The notes beneath the pieces were generated by a model. That model saw only the letters and a list, made by a program, of their open reading frames with translations, was not told where the DNA came from and did no database searches. This document shows, piece by piece, positions 51,661-64,000 of a stretch of DNA of 64,000 nucleotides. Each line of letters begins with the position of its first letter. Position 1 is the stretch's first letter. Where the stretch lies: contig NC_087447.1 of the NCBI RefSeq assembly GCF_036321535.1, forward strand, positions 50,594,001 to 50,658,000, in the 5' to 3' direction. This stretch comes from Camelus dromedarius. Its lineage: Eukaryota. Position numbers and translations under genes: made by a program.

Positions 51661-54600
51661 CGTATCTTGTTTTTATACTTTGACGTAATTGTTTCTATTC
51701 TTTTATTTATATTTTTTTCAATATAAAAATCTTTATTCTTGTTTCTCTGTGCTAATGGGTGGTTACTTTTCTATTTCGCTTAACTACTGAGTAGGTAGTC
51801 TCTCAAGTATTTCGGCTTTATGTAGATGATCTCAGATCCAGTTCCCACCTTTGTATGGTCAAGTGCTTCATCTACTATTCCTCTGTGAGCACTGAAACTC
51901 AGCCTCCTATGGTACTGAGATAGGTGTTTCACTGCTCTACCCTTTTCCCTTGGTAGGAGAGTTATACCCACCTATCATATTGATTTTCAATTTATTCTCA
52001 TTTTTCTCCTCCCTCTGGGAATTACCTTTAGTCTTTCAGGAGTTCAGCTGTGCATTTAAAAATATATTTATTAAATATTATCCAGTGTATCTAGGTGTTT
52101 ATAAAGAGAGAATTTTGGGGTTGTCTGCCAAATTGCCCAATAGCTATTTATTCTTTTAGCTAAGGATTTATATATTTCAAAACTGGAAATATTGTTTACT
52201 CTATATGCATATAAATATGTATACTCACAGATATATAAAATAAGGACTTTAGATGATCAGTATAGGCACACATGGAATAGAGTCAAGGAGTGTAGTGTAT
52301 GAAGACTTTCACAATCTAGCCCTTGATGACTTTTCTGATGTAATCTCTTGCCTTTCTAAACACTTGCACATTATACTTCAGCAATATAATTCAGCTTTTA
52401 TTTCCTCAAACACAGAATGTAGCTTCATGATTTCATGTGTTTGCTGTATTATCCTTTCTGCCTGGAATGTCCTGCTTTATTCCTCTCATCTGTCTTTACT
52501 TGGTTAATTCAGCCTCTTTTTTCCCTCCTAAATTCACTTTTCTTTTTAGTATTTTTAATTATTATATTTTTCATTTTTAAAGGCTCTACTGTTTCTTTTT
52601 TAACTCTGCCAGAAAACTTTTGATAATTTTTCTTCCTTGGTTCTTTCTGTTGCTTTTATTTCTTTAAACATATTAACATACTTATTTGATATTCTGTGTC
52701 CATTAATTTCATTATCTTTCATCTTTGCTTGTCTGTTTCTGTTGTTTGTTCTTTTACTCATTTTTCTGTTATGGTTGCACGTTTTCTCATGTGTTTGTGG
52801 TATTTGACCATGAGTTTATTTTTTCTGGAGACCTGGGAAATCTTTGAGGCTTTGTTAAATTATAAAGTCTACGAGGACAGGAATCCTAGAGCCATGTTCA
52901 TTGCTGTATCCCAGGGCTTGTTACAGTGTTTGTTCTATAAGGCTTAAAATAAATATTTATTGAATGAATGATGTGTGTATACTTCACACAGTATTGTAAT
53001 TATTCATATACATGTCTATATTCTCTACTATATTGACAGTGCCTCAAGTTAAAAAACTTTTTAGTTTTAACTGTATCTGCAGCACCTAGTGCAGTGTCTA
53101 ATATAGATTAAATTCTCAATAAATGTTTATTAAACCAGTGAGGAATTACTTGGCATATTCTGCCCATTGTAATCTATGGAATAAGAAAGACTTATTTTGT
53201 CAGATTGTCATTCTGAAGCCATTTTGATAAAATGGAGAACACTAGAGAAATGGTGAATCAACTCAGATAACCAGTAGTGTGTCTTGGTTATGGTTGATTA
53301 AAGTAGAACCCTTTTTCAAATTTAATTCCAAAATCAGAACTTTAAGTCCAGTGTCACTGAAGGCTAATCATATTATCAGCTATTTAAATACTTACTGATT
53401 TCAAGGCATTATGAACATACAAAGTATTCAACCAGCAAATATTTACTGAATACCTACTGTATGTATACTACTTTGAAATGTCATATGATGAATTTTTTTT
53501 CACAATAGTTTATGTGCTAGCTGGGGTATAAACTTAAAAATGGGAAAAGGTAAATAGCACAAAAGATAAATGATTCATTATATCAGTGAAGGAATTGTCT
53601 TAAGACAGTATTATTTCTTTAATCGTATGGATTACAAATGAATAAATTCTGTACAACTTCAGTTGAATCTAGTATAGTTCCCAGGATTACATGGTTTGTT
53701 TCCCACTTAAGAATTATTGGTATAGACCAATGCTTATGATTGTGTCTCTTTTGTTCCTTTTCTTATCTTCTGCTTTTTCATTTTTGCGTGATGTTGTAGA
53801 AATGACATGACATTGAATCTGAATATGCCTATTTAGGAGCTGGGCAAGTTTCTTAATTGTACTGTGTCTCAATTTTCCAATATGTAAAATAAGAATGATA
53901 ACATCAGCTCATGAGGTGACAATTTATATTAAAAGAGATTATGTAAAGAAAGTCAATAGCATGAATCCAGGCATACAAGTTTAATAGATGTTAGTACTCT
54001 ACTTTATTCTTTATTATCTAATTTGTGTGAATTTTTTCATTATTTCATTTTTTTTTGTTTTTTAAAATAAATCAAAACTGAATTTAAAAATAAAAAAAAT
54101 TAGTATTTAGATTAAATGTTAATGGGAAAGACCATAGAAATATTCCAGTTATTTGTGTATGTGGGTGGGTGTAACAGCGCTGCATTTTTAGTTGGATCAC
54201 AGAGAAACCTCTGTTTGCTACATGGCACACTTGTCTTGGCTGGCCTATCTCATTTTCTCTGGTTTTCTTTAAAGCAGGTTTTTTTCAGACCTTTAAAAGC
54301 TGACACTTGGGCAATGAATACCCTGGAAAAAAGTCTTGTTCTAGTCGAACTTGGCCCAAAAGATTCAGATAGAACTAGAACAGTTTATTTGAGAGATTTG
54401 GGAATTTTAAAAACTTCTAAACTTGTATTTTATAGTCTTTAATTTTTCCTAACTGCTTAGAAATTTGGCTTAAACACTGTTTAAGAATTTAAGTTAAATG
54501 AATTAAATTTATAAACATATTTTTTTACTTAATGTATTCTTTTGGGAGAATTATTTGGTTGCTTATTACACTGTTCAAGAATGAGATACTGTTAAACATT

Positions 54601-55611
54601 AACAACTAATTATACATTTTCAAAAAATTCTGCAACTCAGATAGCTTTCCATTAAAAAAAAAAAACCTAAATTTAATTATTTGTTTTCATTATTCATATT
54701 GATCTGGAGGCTGGCTAAAAGAAATGAATGATTTTTATTTCATTTGCCAAAAAGTTGTTTTAAATTACCTGGAAGTTAAAGATTTGTAATTCAGTAAATG
54801 TTTAAGAAATGTATTTATACAATTACAAAGAGAGGTAGATCAACTATACTAAAATTTTAAAAAAACAGAGAGAAAAGAAAACCATCACTCGGACATTTAA
54901 ATTACTTTATTTTACTTTAAATTAATAATTATTATAAAATAAGCAAATGTTTTTCTTTATTATTTTCATTTTGTGGATTTTTAAAAACAAAAAGTGAAAT
55001 AGTGAAAAATTTGAATACAAATCAACATAAGAATTAGAGAATTAGTTTATAAAGTAGAAAGCAAATAAATTATGAGTACCTTTGCATTTGAATACTGACT
55101 TTGCCTTATACAACTTATGTGACTTTGTATATATTAGGACAAATTACTTAATTTTGATTTTTCACTTTTCTTAGCTGTCAAATTGGATTAAAAATATCCA
55201 ATAGGTTTGTTTTGAGGATCAAAATAGGCAAAGTAATGACCTTATACACTCTAGAGTACCATATGAATGTTGGCTTTCTTAAGAATTTAGAATATCACTA
55301 TACACTTAAATTCAAGCTTTTCATCTGTGAACTGAAAAAGTGATCATTTTTCTGCTTTAAAATGCCTCACTTTTTCACTAAAACTGTAAGCTCTTCCTAA
55401 CACAGTGCCTAAGCCCTATAATAAATAAGTGCTCATGTAATTGTGGAGTGAAGGAGTTAATATGTTCAGCTTCTTGATATCAACACTGTATATTACTATT
55501 AACCTCTTTATTAGATGAATGCAGATGCCTTTGTGGCTTGTTTCAGTAAATTTCATCAGGATACAGAGATATTACCTTATATCCTCAAATTATAACATAG
55601 GCATATACAAA

Positions 55612-55827
55612 TAAATGACCCTTGAGCAATGTAGGGGTTAGGGTTCTGACCCCAAATAGTTGAAAATCCCTGTGTAACTTTTTAGTTGGCCTTCCATATA
55701 TGGGATTCTGTACCCATGGATTCAGCCAACTGTGGATTGTGTAGTACTCTACTACTATTTATTGAAAAAAAATCAGCATATAGGTGGACCTGTACAGTTT
55801 GAACCTGTGTTGTTCAGGGGTCAACTA
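55612..55827 (-). mobile_element. MER8/Tigger2-type MITE
   Basis: Reverse-orientation homologue of 39925-40184; ends 'tgttgttcaggggtcaacta'. Confidence 0.8.
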
Positions 55828-56129
55828 TAATTGCTGCAAACCCTGGGGGCAACCTAGTGCAACTGATAGGCCCAGATCTAGGCGCCAGTCCAGTTCTGCT
55901 CCTAACTGGCTGAGCTACTGCAGACAAATCATTTACCCTTTTGAGCCTGAGTTTTTCTAGTAAATATTGAAACTACTCCTCTACAGGGTTACTTTGGGAA
56001 TTTAGTGTTAGTAGATGTAAAGTATTTATAAACCTTAAAACAGTATAAAATGTAGAAATTTTTGCTTTATTAAGATTGACATTGATATGAGCTGGGTCAC
56101 GTGGCATATTTTTACATTCATGAAAGCGT

Positions 56130-56630
56130 ATAGAAAATATTATTGCAAAGATTTCACAAATTTGGATAATTGAAAGGACTCACAAGTCACCACAGGGCAT
56201 ATTTACTTAAGGCTTTTATTTAAAGGCAAAGGATATTGTGCAGCAAGAGAAAGAGCAGACAAGTGTTGAAGATGTGGCAAATGTCAAAAGAAAACTCTTC
56301 AGGATCCTAATTCACACACAAGTCCATTTCATCTCTGGATTGAACCACAAAGATCTGTGTGATAAGTCTTGGGTTCAGGAGAGCTCAAGGCCGAAGTCCC
56401 AGTGATGTATTTTTATATCGCTCTAGTCATGCAGTCAAGGTAGATGGCTAATCAATTCTATCAAGAGAAAACCATCACTAAACAAACTGATTCAGTGGCC
56501 ACCAGGGACTTTAAACAGCACATCCTAAATCCAACTAACCTTATCTTGTCTAAGGTCCAGACATCCAGGTGTCTCTAGAGATAAGGATAGAGCTTTGCTA
56601 CTCCAGCTAAAATTGATTCTATCCTATACA
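56130..56630. mobile_element. Possible old LTR (MER21-like)
   Basis: 'aaggactcacaagtcacc...ggcttttatttaaaggcaaaggata' resembles MER21-group text. Confidence 0.35.
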
Positions 56631-57093
56631 ATTATATTTACAGTACCTACTGTGCAAAGGTATATGCCATGCCTTTGGAATACCAAGAGGATTAAGACAG
56701 CATCCTTGACAACTAGAGAGATCAGAAATTAGTGAAGAAAAAAAAAAAAAGAAAAGAAAATCAACAAAGTAGTATTGGCATTTAGAGGAATAAGCAGCTA
56801 ACTCTTCAGGATATCTGGTGAAGACTTATTTAAGGCTTCACTGTGGAAAGTAACAATTTAGATGGTTTTAAATGATGAATAGAATTTTGCCAGTGTCTGG
56901 CACAAGTGCCTGGCATTCAATTAATATTTGATGTATTTAACTATAGGTCACCTAAGTAGGGAACAATATATTCAAATTCATACATGATTAAAGTACAGAG
57001 CTTTTCTGGGGAACAGATAATCTGTTATGGTTGTGTGTAGAATGCATGGTAGTAATGGAAAAGAGATTCAGAGACAGATTATTAAAGCTCTTG

Positions 57094-57181
57094 CAGATGA
57101 GGTATACCTCAGTGGTAGGTAGAGTGCGTGCTTAGCATGCATGAGGTCCTGGGTTCAATCCCTAGTAACTGCATTAAATAA
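57094..57181 (+). mobile_element. Camelid-type SINE, short-tailed
   Basis: ggtatacctcagtggtaggtagagtgcgtgcttagcatgcatgaggtcctgggttcaatccctagt. Confidence 0.85.
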
Positions 57182-57249
57182 AACCTCTTATATGATATCT
57201 TAATGAGTTTTAATTTTATCATATAGATGATAGGATATCCCATAGACCA

Positions 57250-57370
57250 ACAGTTCTTAAACAGTTTGATTTTGGAGCCCCTTATACTCTGAAAACTTAA
57301 TTGAGGACCTCAAAGAGCTTTTGTTTATGGAGGTTACTTCCATCAATATTTGCCATATTTAGAAATAAAC
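57250..57370 (+). mobile_element. Charlie1-type left-end fragment
   Basis: 'cccttatactctgaaaacttaattgaggacctcaaagagcttttgtttatg'. Confidence 0.7.
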
Positions 57371-58023
57371 ATATCAGCTCATTTTCCCAACCAAAGCTGC
57401 AAGCTGTTTTGAGTTGGCTCTGTGCATGCATAGTTCATGGGACTTGGGCAGAGTTCATACACAGAGTTAGGGACTCCTTTCTGGCTGTCTCTCATCTGTG
57501 TTTCTCCCCTCACTCTCAGGTGGCAGTGGCTGCCCTGGGATTCACTCCCTGGTTCCTTAGGCCAAAAAAGACTGTAGACTTTCTCCCTTCAAGTTAGCTG
57601 CACCATTATGGCTGTAGCTTGCCCTTATGCCAAATTGCAAAAACAGGAAATTCACTCCATATCTCTGCAAAGAGATTATTGCTTTCAAATGTTTGAATTC
57701 TTGAAATACCTTTTATATATCTCCCATCCTTTGGATCCTTACTGTCATACCAAAGCCCAAGCTTCTGGAGCTGCATCTGGGATTTTCATGAGGTTTTATC
57801 CTTCCTTTTTTATCCTCCCTTACCATGGTTAAGGAACATATAAAAGACTAATGGAATCTTCCTGTCAGAACTTTTCACTACTACCCCACTAAGTGAAAAT
57901 CTTTGAGACAGAGGTACATTATGTGAACTTTGCTAAAGGAGACTCCCACACCCCCAAATTCTGGCTCTTTCTGAAAAGAAAATTAGCTTGACCCTGTGGT
58001 GGACTGTGGGAAGTGTGTTAGGC

Positions 58024-60028
58024 CAGTGCTGTTCTCTCCTTTTCTCAAACTTTTTGCATTCAGAACCCCTTTCTACTTTTAAAAATTAAGAATCCCAAAG
58101 AGCTTTTAATTATATATGAGTTTTATCTATTGATATTTATCATATTAGAGAAAAAATTTAAATATTTATGTTTTAATTCATTTAAAAATAATAAATTTAT
58201 TACATGTCAACATAAATAACATATTTTTATAAAAATTAACCAAAACGAAATTTAGTGATAAGAGTGGCATTGCTTTACATTTTTGAAAGTCCCTTTAATG
58301 TCTACCTTAATAGAAGTCATCTGAATTCTCACTTCTGCTTTTCCATTTAATCTATTTTAATTTTTTTTTACAGAAGAAATTGGTTTTTTAAATCTATTTT
58401 TATATATAGTGGCTAACATTTGCAAATCTCAACCACCCAAATTTTTCCCTTCCCATCCCCTTTCCCCCAGTAACCATAAGATTTTTTCCTATGTCTGCGA
58501 GTCTGTTTTTGTTTTGTAGATGAGTTCATTAGTGTTCTCTTTTCTTCTTTTTTTAGATTCTATGTATGAGTGATATCATATGGTATTTTTCTTTCTCTTT
58601 TCGGCTTATTTCACTTACAATGACAATCTCTAGGTTCTTCCGTGTTGCTGCAAATGGCATTATTTTATTCTTTTTTATGGCTGAGTATAAATATACCACA
58701 ACTTCTTTATCCAGTCATCTATTGATGGACATTTAGGTTGCTTCCATGTCTTGGCTATTGTATATGGTGCTTCTGTGAACATTGGGGTACATGTATCTTT
58801 TCAAATTAGAGTTCCCTCCAGATATATACCCAGGAGAAGGATTGCTGGATCATATAGTAAGTCTATTTTTAGTTGTTTGAGGAATCTCCATACCGTTTTC
58901 TTAATACGTTGTCTTGATTAAAGTGTATAAAGAAAATCAAGCTTTATACAGACATACATAGTTGGAAAAGCAAGGATTATTTTAATAATAGCCTTTATAG
59001 ATAATTGTGGATGTTCTTCTTTGACAGTATACCAAAACTTAAGTGGCAATCTTAGGGTTAATTGGAATGTAGAATCTGAGATCATATCATTGAACTTTTC
59101 TTACTATGCTACATTAAAATTTCTTGGTCTGTCTTGTACTTTAAGTGGACGTTTACCCATGTGTGGTCTTATAGCATCATGCATCATTGATTGTGTGGAA
59201 ATATTTGTTTACTGTTGATGCATATCTTCCAGATGTCAACACATTTCTTTAACATAACATCAAAAGATCATATTTATTAAAATATCATCTCTGATTTCGT
59301 TAGAAAAATCTTTTAAGTATTGGGAAGCTATGACACAGTAGCAGATGCAGATTTTCCAAAATTCTGATTTTTGCACAAAAAGCATGAATTTTATCATTGC
59401 CAGAACTACTGTCAGTTGTTTTTTCTTGAAGTCATAGTCTCAGTTTACTCATTTTCAGGACAATATTTTCCAAATACCCCAAATGAATAATCATAGTTTA
59501 CCTGTAAGTTCTTTTAAGTAAAAATGGTTTTCCATGGAAAAAGCAGCTAATTGAAATCACAACTCAAGACGGTCATACAGATGCTTTTTCTTGAGATGAT
59601 CATCATGCCTTCATATGTTTAGTTTTTTACGTAAATTCCCATTTCATTACAGAGAATATTCAAAAGTTGTCTACTCTAGAGTTGAAATTAAATACAATTA
59701 GTAATTTTTATTTTTATCAAAATAAAAGACATTGTTAAAAGTCTTCATTAAAATAAAAGCCTTCATCAAAGGCATTGCTGGTTGAAACTCCCTTTTTGTT
59801 AAAACTGTATGTTCAGTGGTTGGAGAGAATGCGATGACTATAGTATAGTTTGGTTGGTACTGCCCTGATTTGAGCAAAGGTGCCAGCGGTTGTACCCAGC
59901 ATTGCCTTCATGCCATCAGTGCAAGTGCCAATATAGTGAATGAGGTAAATAACTCTCAGTATTATGAAAAGAGTTTTGAGTTCAAGGATCCCTGAAAGAA
60001 TCCACAGACCACAGTTTGAGAACTGATG
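58024..60028 (+). mobile_element. Near-complete Charlie1a-like hAT element split by an L1
   Basis: Left 'ttctcaaacttttt...cccaaagagctttt' and right 'gaccacagtttgagaactgatg' are inverted termini. About 1.45 kb once the L1 insert is removed. Confidence 0.75.
58360..58900 (-). mobile_element. Lineage-specific L1 3' fragment
   Basis: 'gtgttgctgcaaatggcattattttattc...ttccatgtcttggctattg...gaggaatctccatac'. Confidence 0.85.
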
Positions 60029-62289
60029 CTCTAACATACTGAAAAAGATTTGTCCCCTTGCAGGTAGTGTTCAACATTTAACTTTTTGGAGTCTGTTATT
60101 TTGTAGATGGGTTTGAATGGAGTATTTTAGTAGGAAGTAAGAAAATATAATTAGTTATTTCAGATAGTGGGCCCTACTCTATGCACAGATATATTTAAAA
60201 TCCTCATTGGTAACCTCCCTCCCACTGCTAAATAGTTTTATGTACCTCCTCTTCTATTTAAGGACTGTTTCAACAATTAGATCTGGTATAATTCTTTTAT
60301 GCTCTAGGTATTAGAAAAGATCTAAATTCTGAGAACTCCGGCCAAGATTTCAAGGAGGAACCACTGACTATTTGTCAGTTAAAGAATATACAGATTCTGA
60401 GGGATAATGGGTTCCTTTTGTGGCCTTTTTTGATAAAAACAACAATATTATTAGAGCAAATCATATTTTTGGCACTTACTCTGTGCCAACTACTGTGCTA
60501 AGCATCTTGTTTAATTATAATGAAAAATCTGTGTAGGAAGTATTTATGATGATGGCCCTTCGTAGTTAAAGTTATTTCCTCCTTTCTTCTATGGAAAGAA
60601 AGCAGGTACTTTTCTTAATACGCTGGCATTTTGTTAATTTTTCAGCAGAGTAATAAGTACATATTTGCATGCTTTTGGTTGCCTTTTGAATAAGCAAGCA
60701 ATTGTGAATACATTCTTTCAAAACAGAAAACTCTCTTAAATTAGTCAAATTTATGCCTTACTACCTTCTGACTTCCCATCTTACATCCATCTTAGTTCAA
60801 GTCCTTATCATCGCTTATTGGGCCTGTTGCAGTAGTGTCCTCTTTGTCCCCTTTCTACCACAGCCAGTCTGTCAGCCTGCCTTAAAGTTACTTGTCTCTA
60901 TCATTCTCTTCTGCATCACTTGCCCTCCATTTGTTCCCTCTGGAATTGAGTTTAAACTATTTACAGTTTGGTAGGGAAATTACAAACATGTTATCCATGT
61001 TTACATTAGTTCTAGTTTATCTTAGTAGCTTTATCTCCTGACACAACTTGTCCCCTAAGCATGTTATTTCTTGTGATTTCCTAAGCATACCTTGTTCTTT
61101 CTTGTTTTCACACATCCATGTGTTATCTCAGCCCTGAATACCATTCTCTGCACTTGTCTTACTCCTATTAACTCTTTAAGGCACATTCAAATAGCTCTCC
61201 TGTGAAATTTTCATCATTCATACCAAGCCAAGTGTTAATTATTTGATACCATTTTTTAATCAGTCTCCATTATGTTATGTTACATTTTAAAATTAATATT
61301 ATGTTCTTATGGATTTCTTTTGTGGAGACCACCTTTCTTGTTTTTCTTATTAGAAAGTAATTATTTTCCTATTGTAGAACATTTTGAATTAGTCAGCAAG
61401 TATTAATTGATTACTTTCAGTGTGCCAGGCACAATGCCAATCCTGATAGAAACAGTGGCAAAATCTTCTTGGAGCTCATAGTCTAGACTTGGGGAAGTAC
61501 TCAGACTAATAAATACTTTAACTCTTCAAAATATTGTGAAAGAAAAAATACAGAAAATACAAAGAAGCAGGAAAAGAAAATGAAAAGCATGACTAGTCAC
61601 TCTCCTCAGCACTTCATTATAAAATGAAATTGGTAAAAATGGGACCTGACCCAAGCAGGTTCATGATGCACAGTTATACTGCACAAGCAAGTGGTTTACA
61701 TTTCATGATACCAGCTCCTACTGCTTCACCACCTCACCCTCATCCCACACCTGTGGCCTCATGGAAAGTTTCTTAAGACAAGTTAATTATTATCCTTCTT
61801 TCTCTATATACACATATATTTTAAATAAAAATGTGATTGTGCATTCTGTAATATTTTGTGACCTGATTTTCTCACTTAATGAGTATAATGAACACTTCCA
61901 TGTCTTTAAAAAGTAATTTAGAAGATAAACATTTTTTATTCTATAGGAGCTTACCTTTAAATAAAAAAATACATGTATTGAACCTACATTTCTTTATCAA
62001 AAGTGAAATAGTATCTATTGACTTCCTGCTTAAAAACTAATACTCATAGCTGCATTGTTCTTTTACTTTTTGCTTACTTTACTTTTTATCATACAAGTCA
62101 TGATAAGGAACTGAAATATAGCAGTGATAGTGAGGATACTTGTAAGGGGGCTTGACTCCAGTGAGTATTTCCATCCTTAGTCCATTGACCTTCTGCCTCC
62201 TGTGAGAGCTCAGACCTCTTTCTATCCTTTCCTCTTTTCATTTCCTTCTCCCCCAAATAGAAAGACCCTTCTATATGCATATAAAATAT

Positions 62290-62810
62290 AAAGCAAGACA
62301 CCTGTGTAAATGTACATAAAGAAGGATTTCAGTGAAATACTGTCTAATAGAAGAACAGGAAACAACATAGAATGTCCGTTGGTATGGGAATAGGTAAAAT
62401 TTGTTATGTTCCTATGATAGCGTACTGTACAGCAGTTGAAAGGAACGAACTAGAGCATCTTTTTATCTATCTAATGGATTTCTCAATCATAATTTTTACT
62501 GATAAGAATTATTGGCAGATGATATATACAGAGTTATTCTATTTAGATAAACATCAAAACACAAGTGAAGCAAAAATATTTATAGACACATATGTGTAAA
62601 ATAATTTTTAAATGAATTACAATGATGCACACCAAATTAACAACCTCTGAAAGTGTGTGATTGGGAATTAGACTAGAGAGATGGGCGACTTTGACTTTAT
62701 TAAAATACAAAGCTTGAGGCAGACATGACGAAGTGAAAACAATGATGGATTCTATGTGGTAGACGTGTTTGTCCCATTATTCTATTTTTTGCATTTTACA
62801 GTTTCTGGAA
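62290..62810 (+). mobile_element. Old L1ME-type 3' fragment
   Basis: 'gtactgtacagcagttgaaaggaacgaactagagc...atggatttctcaatcataat'. Confidence 0.6.
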
Positions 62811-64000
62811 TTAAAACAAAGCTCATGTTGTGTAGCATCTGGTACAAGGTAGATACTTAATTTTCAGTTCTCTTCTTGTTTTCTTTACCCATTCCTATAG
62901 GAGGAGTGATCAGTAACTGATAATACGCAGCCAATTAAAAAACCCAGTTATTTAAGCTTATCTAAGCACTTTAAAAAACTTCTCCTAACGAGGATGTTCT
63001 GAGGTACAAATTCAGGAAACAAACATCCTTTATGATAGATTGGGCCAGGAACCAGTTCTTACGAGAAATACTGATAATCCCTGTCTAGCAACTTTTGTGT
63101 TGGTATCTGGTTATTGCTTCTGCACTTGAAAGTCTTTTGTAAATTACAACTCAGTAGACACTATATCAAGTGAACTTATTGTGAAACCTTTGCTATTTAG
63201 TTAATTTGTTCTTAGTGGACATACTGTTGGTGTGATTATTTCTCTGTTTCTGTGATTGCCTCTTTCATGTTGTTGGCAACAAGGATAGCTAATAACTTGT
63301 GTGGTGACTTTCTTGAATGCTTTTATTTGTTTTCATTTTGATTTTTAACTGTTCAGATTTATAGGATTATTTTTGAATCCAAGAAAATAAGCTGATGATG
63401 TCAATTTTATGAAACTGTTGTTACTTATCATGGCATACCAACTAACTGTCACAAATAAGTCCTAGAATAACCATTGCTAATTCTTAATTTTTTTTAAGAT
63501 TACATATAATTCCAGTGACTCTATTACTATTTTTTCCCTAATAAATGATTGTAGGTGTATATTATTCTAAACTGTTTTACCATATTAGAATAAAACTGTT
63601 ATATCTTATTATGGAATAAAATCTTAAAAAGGAATCTAACATTTATTGTGCACCTACTCAGTTCACTTTTTGCAGTATTTTATCATCACAGCAATAGATA
63701 TTATGCCTCATCTACACATGAGAAGATTAAGCCTCAAGGTGATTAAATAACCTGAATAAACATTTCATAAAACAGAATATACCATTAATAAGCCAAAAGA
63801 AAAATGAATAAACAAACATAAAAATACTTAAGTAACCCAAAGAAATATAAGTTAAAACAACAATGATATATAATTTTCCACCTTTTAAATAAGACATTAT
63901 ATTGTTCAATATTACAAGGTTATAGTGTGAGCCACTTACCCTTACACACTGCTAATTAGATAATAAATCCTCCAACCATTTTGGAAAGTAATTTAATTGT

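Larger units (their letters stand above)
25108..64000 (+). other. ACER3: ACER3 intron 1 (extends beyond the window end)
   Basis: Starts at GTAAGT. I found no sequence encoding the expected continuation (WNTVSNLIMIIPP-like) by eye. Repeat-rich and AT-rich throughout. Confidence 0.8.

Noticed and set aside
39925..55827. Two inverted MER8 copies as ends of a 16-kb composite transposon
   Set aside because: Each is a self-contained, diverged MITE of a common family; co-occurrence is expected by chance.
1..64000. A novel multi-gene biological system
   Set aside because: Only one real exon is present; the remaining ORFs are short and lie in repeats or unremarkable non-coding DNA.

Overview
Mammalian genomic DNA, probably camelid: several copies of a tRNA-derived SINE resemble the camelid Vic-1 type, alongside young L1 copies. 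The only protein-coding sequence I can support is the first coding exon of ACER3 (alkaline ceramidase 3), + strand 25005-25107. It lies in a CpG-island promoter with a (CGG)9 tract just before the ATG. Everything downstream (25108-64000) reads as AT-rich, L1-rich intron 1; I found no exon 2. The first ~24.6 kb is non-coding, rich in MIR/L2/L1/LTR relics, with a small orphan GC-rich patch near 13.1-13.4 kb. Nearly all other ORFs in the track are chance ORFs or L1 remnants. I see no evidence of a new multi-gene system. The best leads are: an in-frame CUG-(GGC)9 poly-glycine extension ahead of the ACER3 ATG; a 29-bp-stem fold-back hairpin inside intronic L1; a twin-primed, 5'-inverted L1; an apparent L1/SINE-tail chimera; a SINE with its body deleted; and a degenerate ~15-bp array. 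Repeat family names come from remembered consensus sequences, and repeat boundaries are approximate unless TSDs are given.
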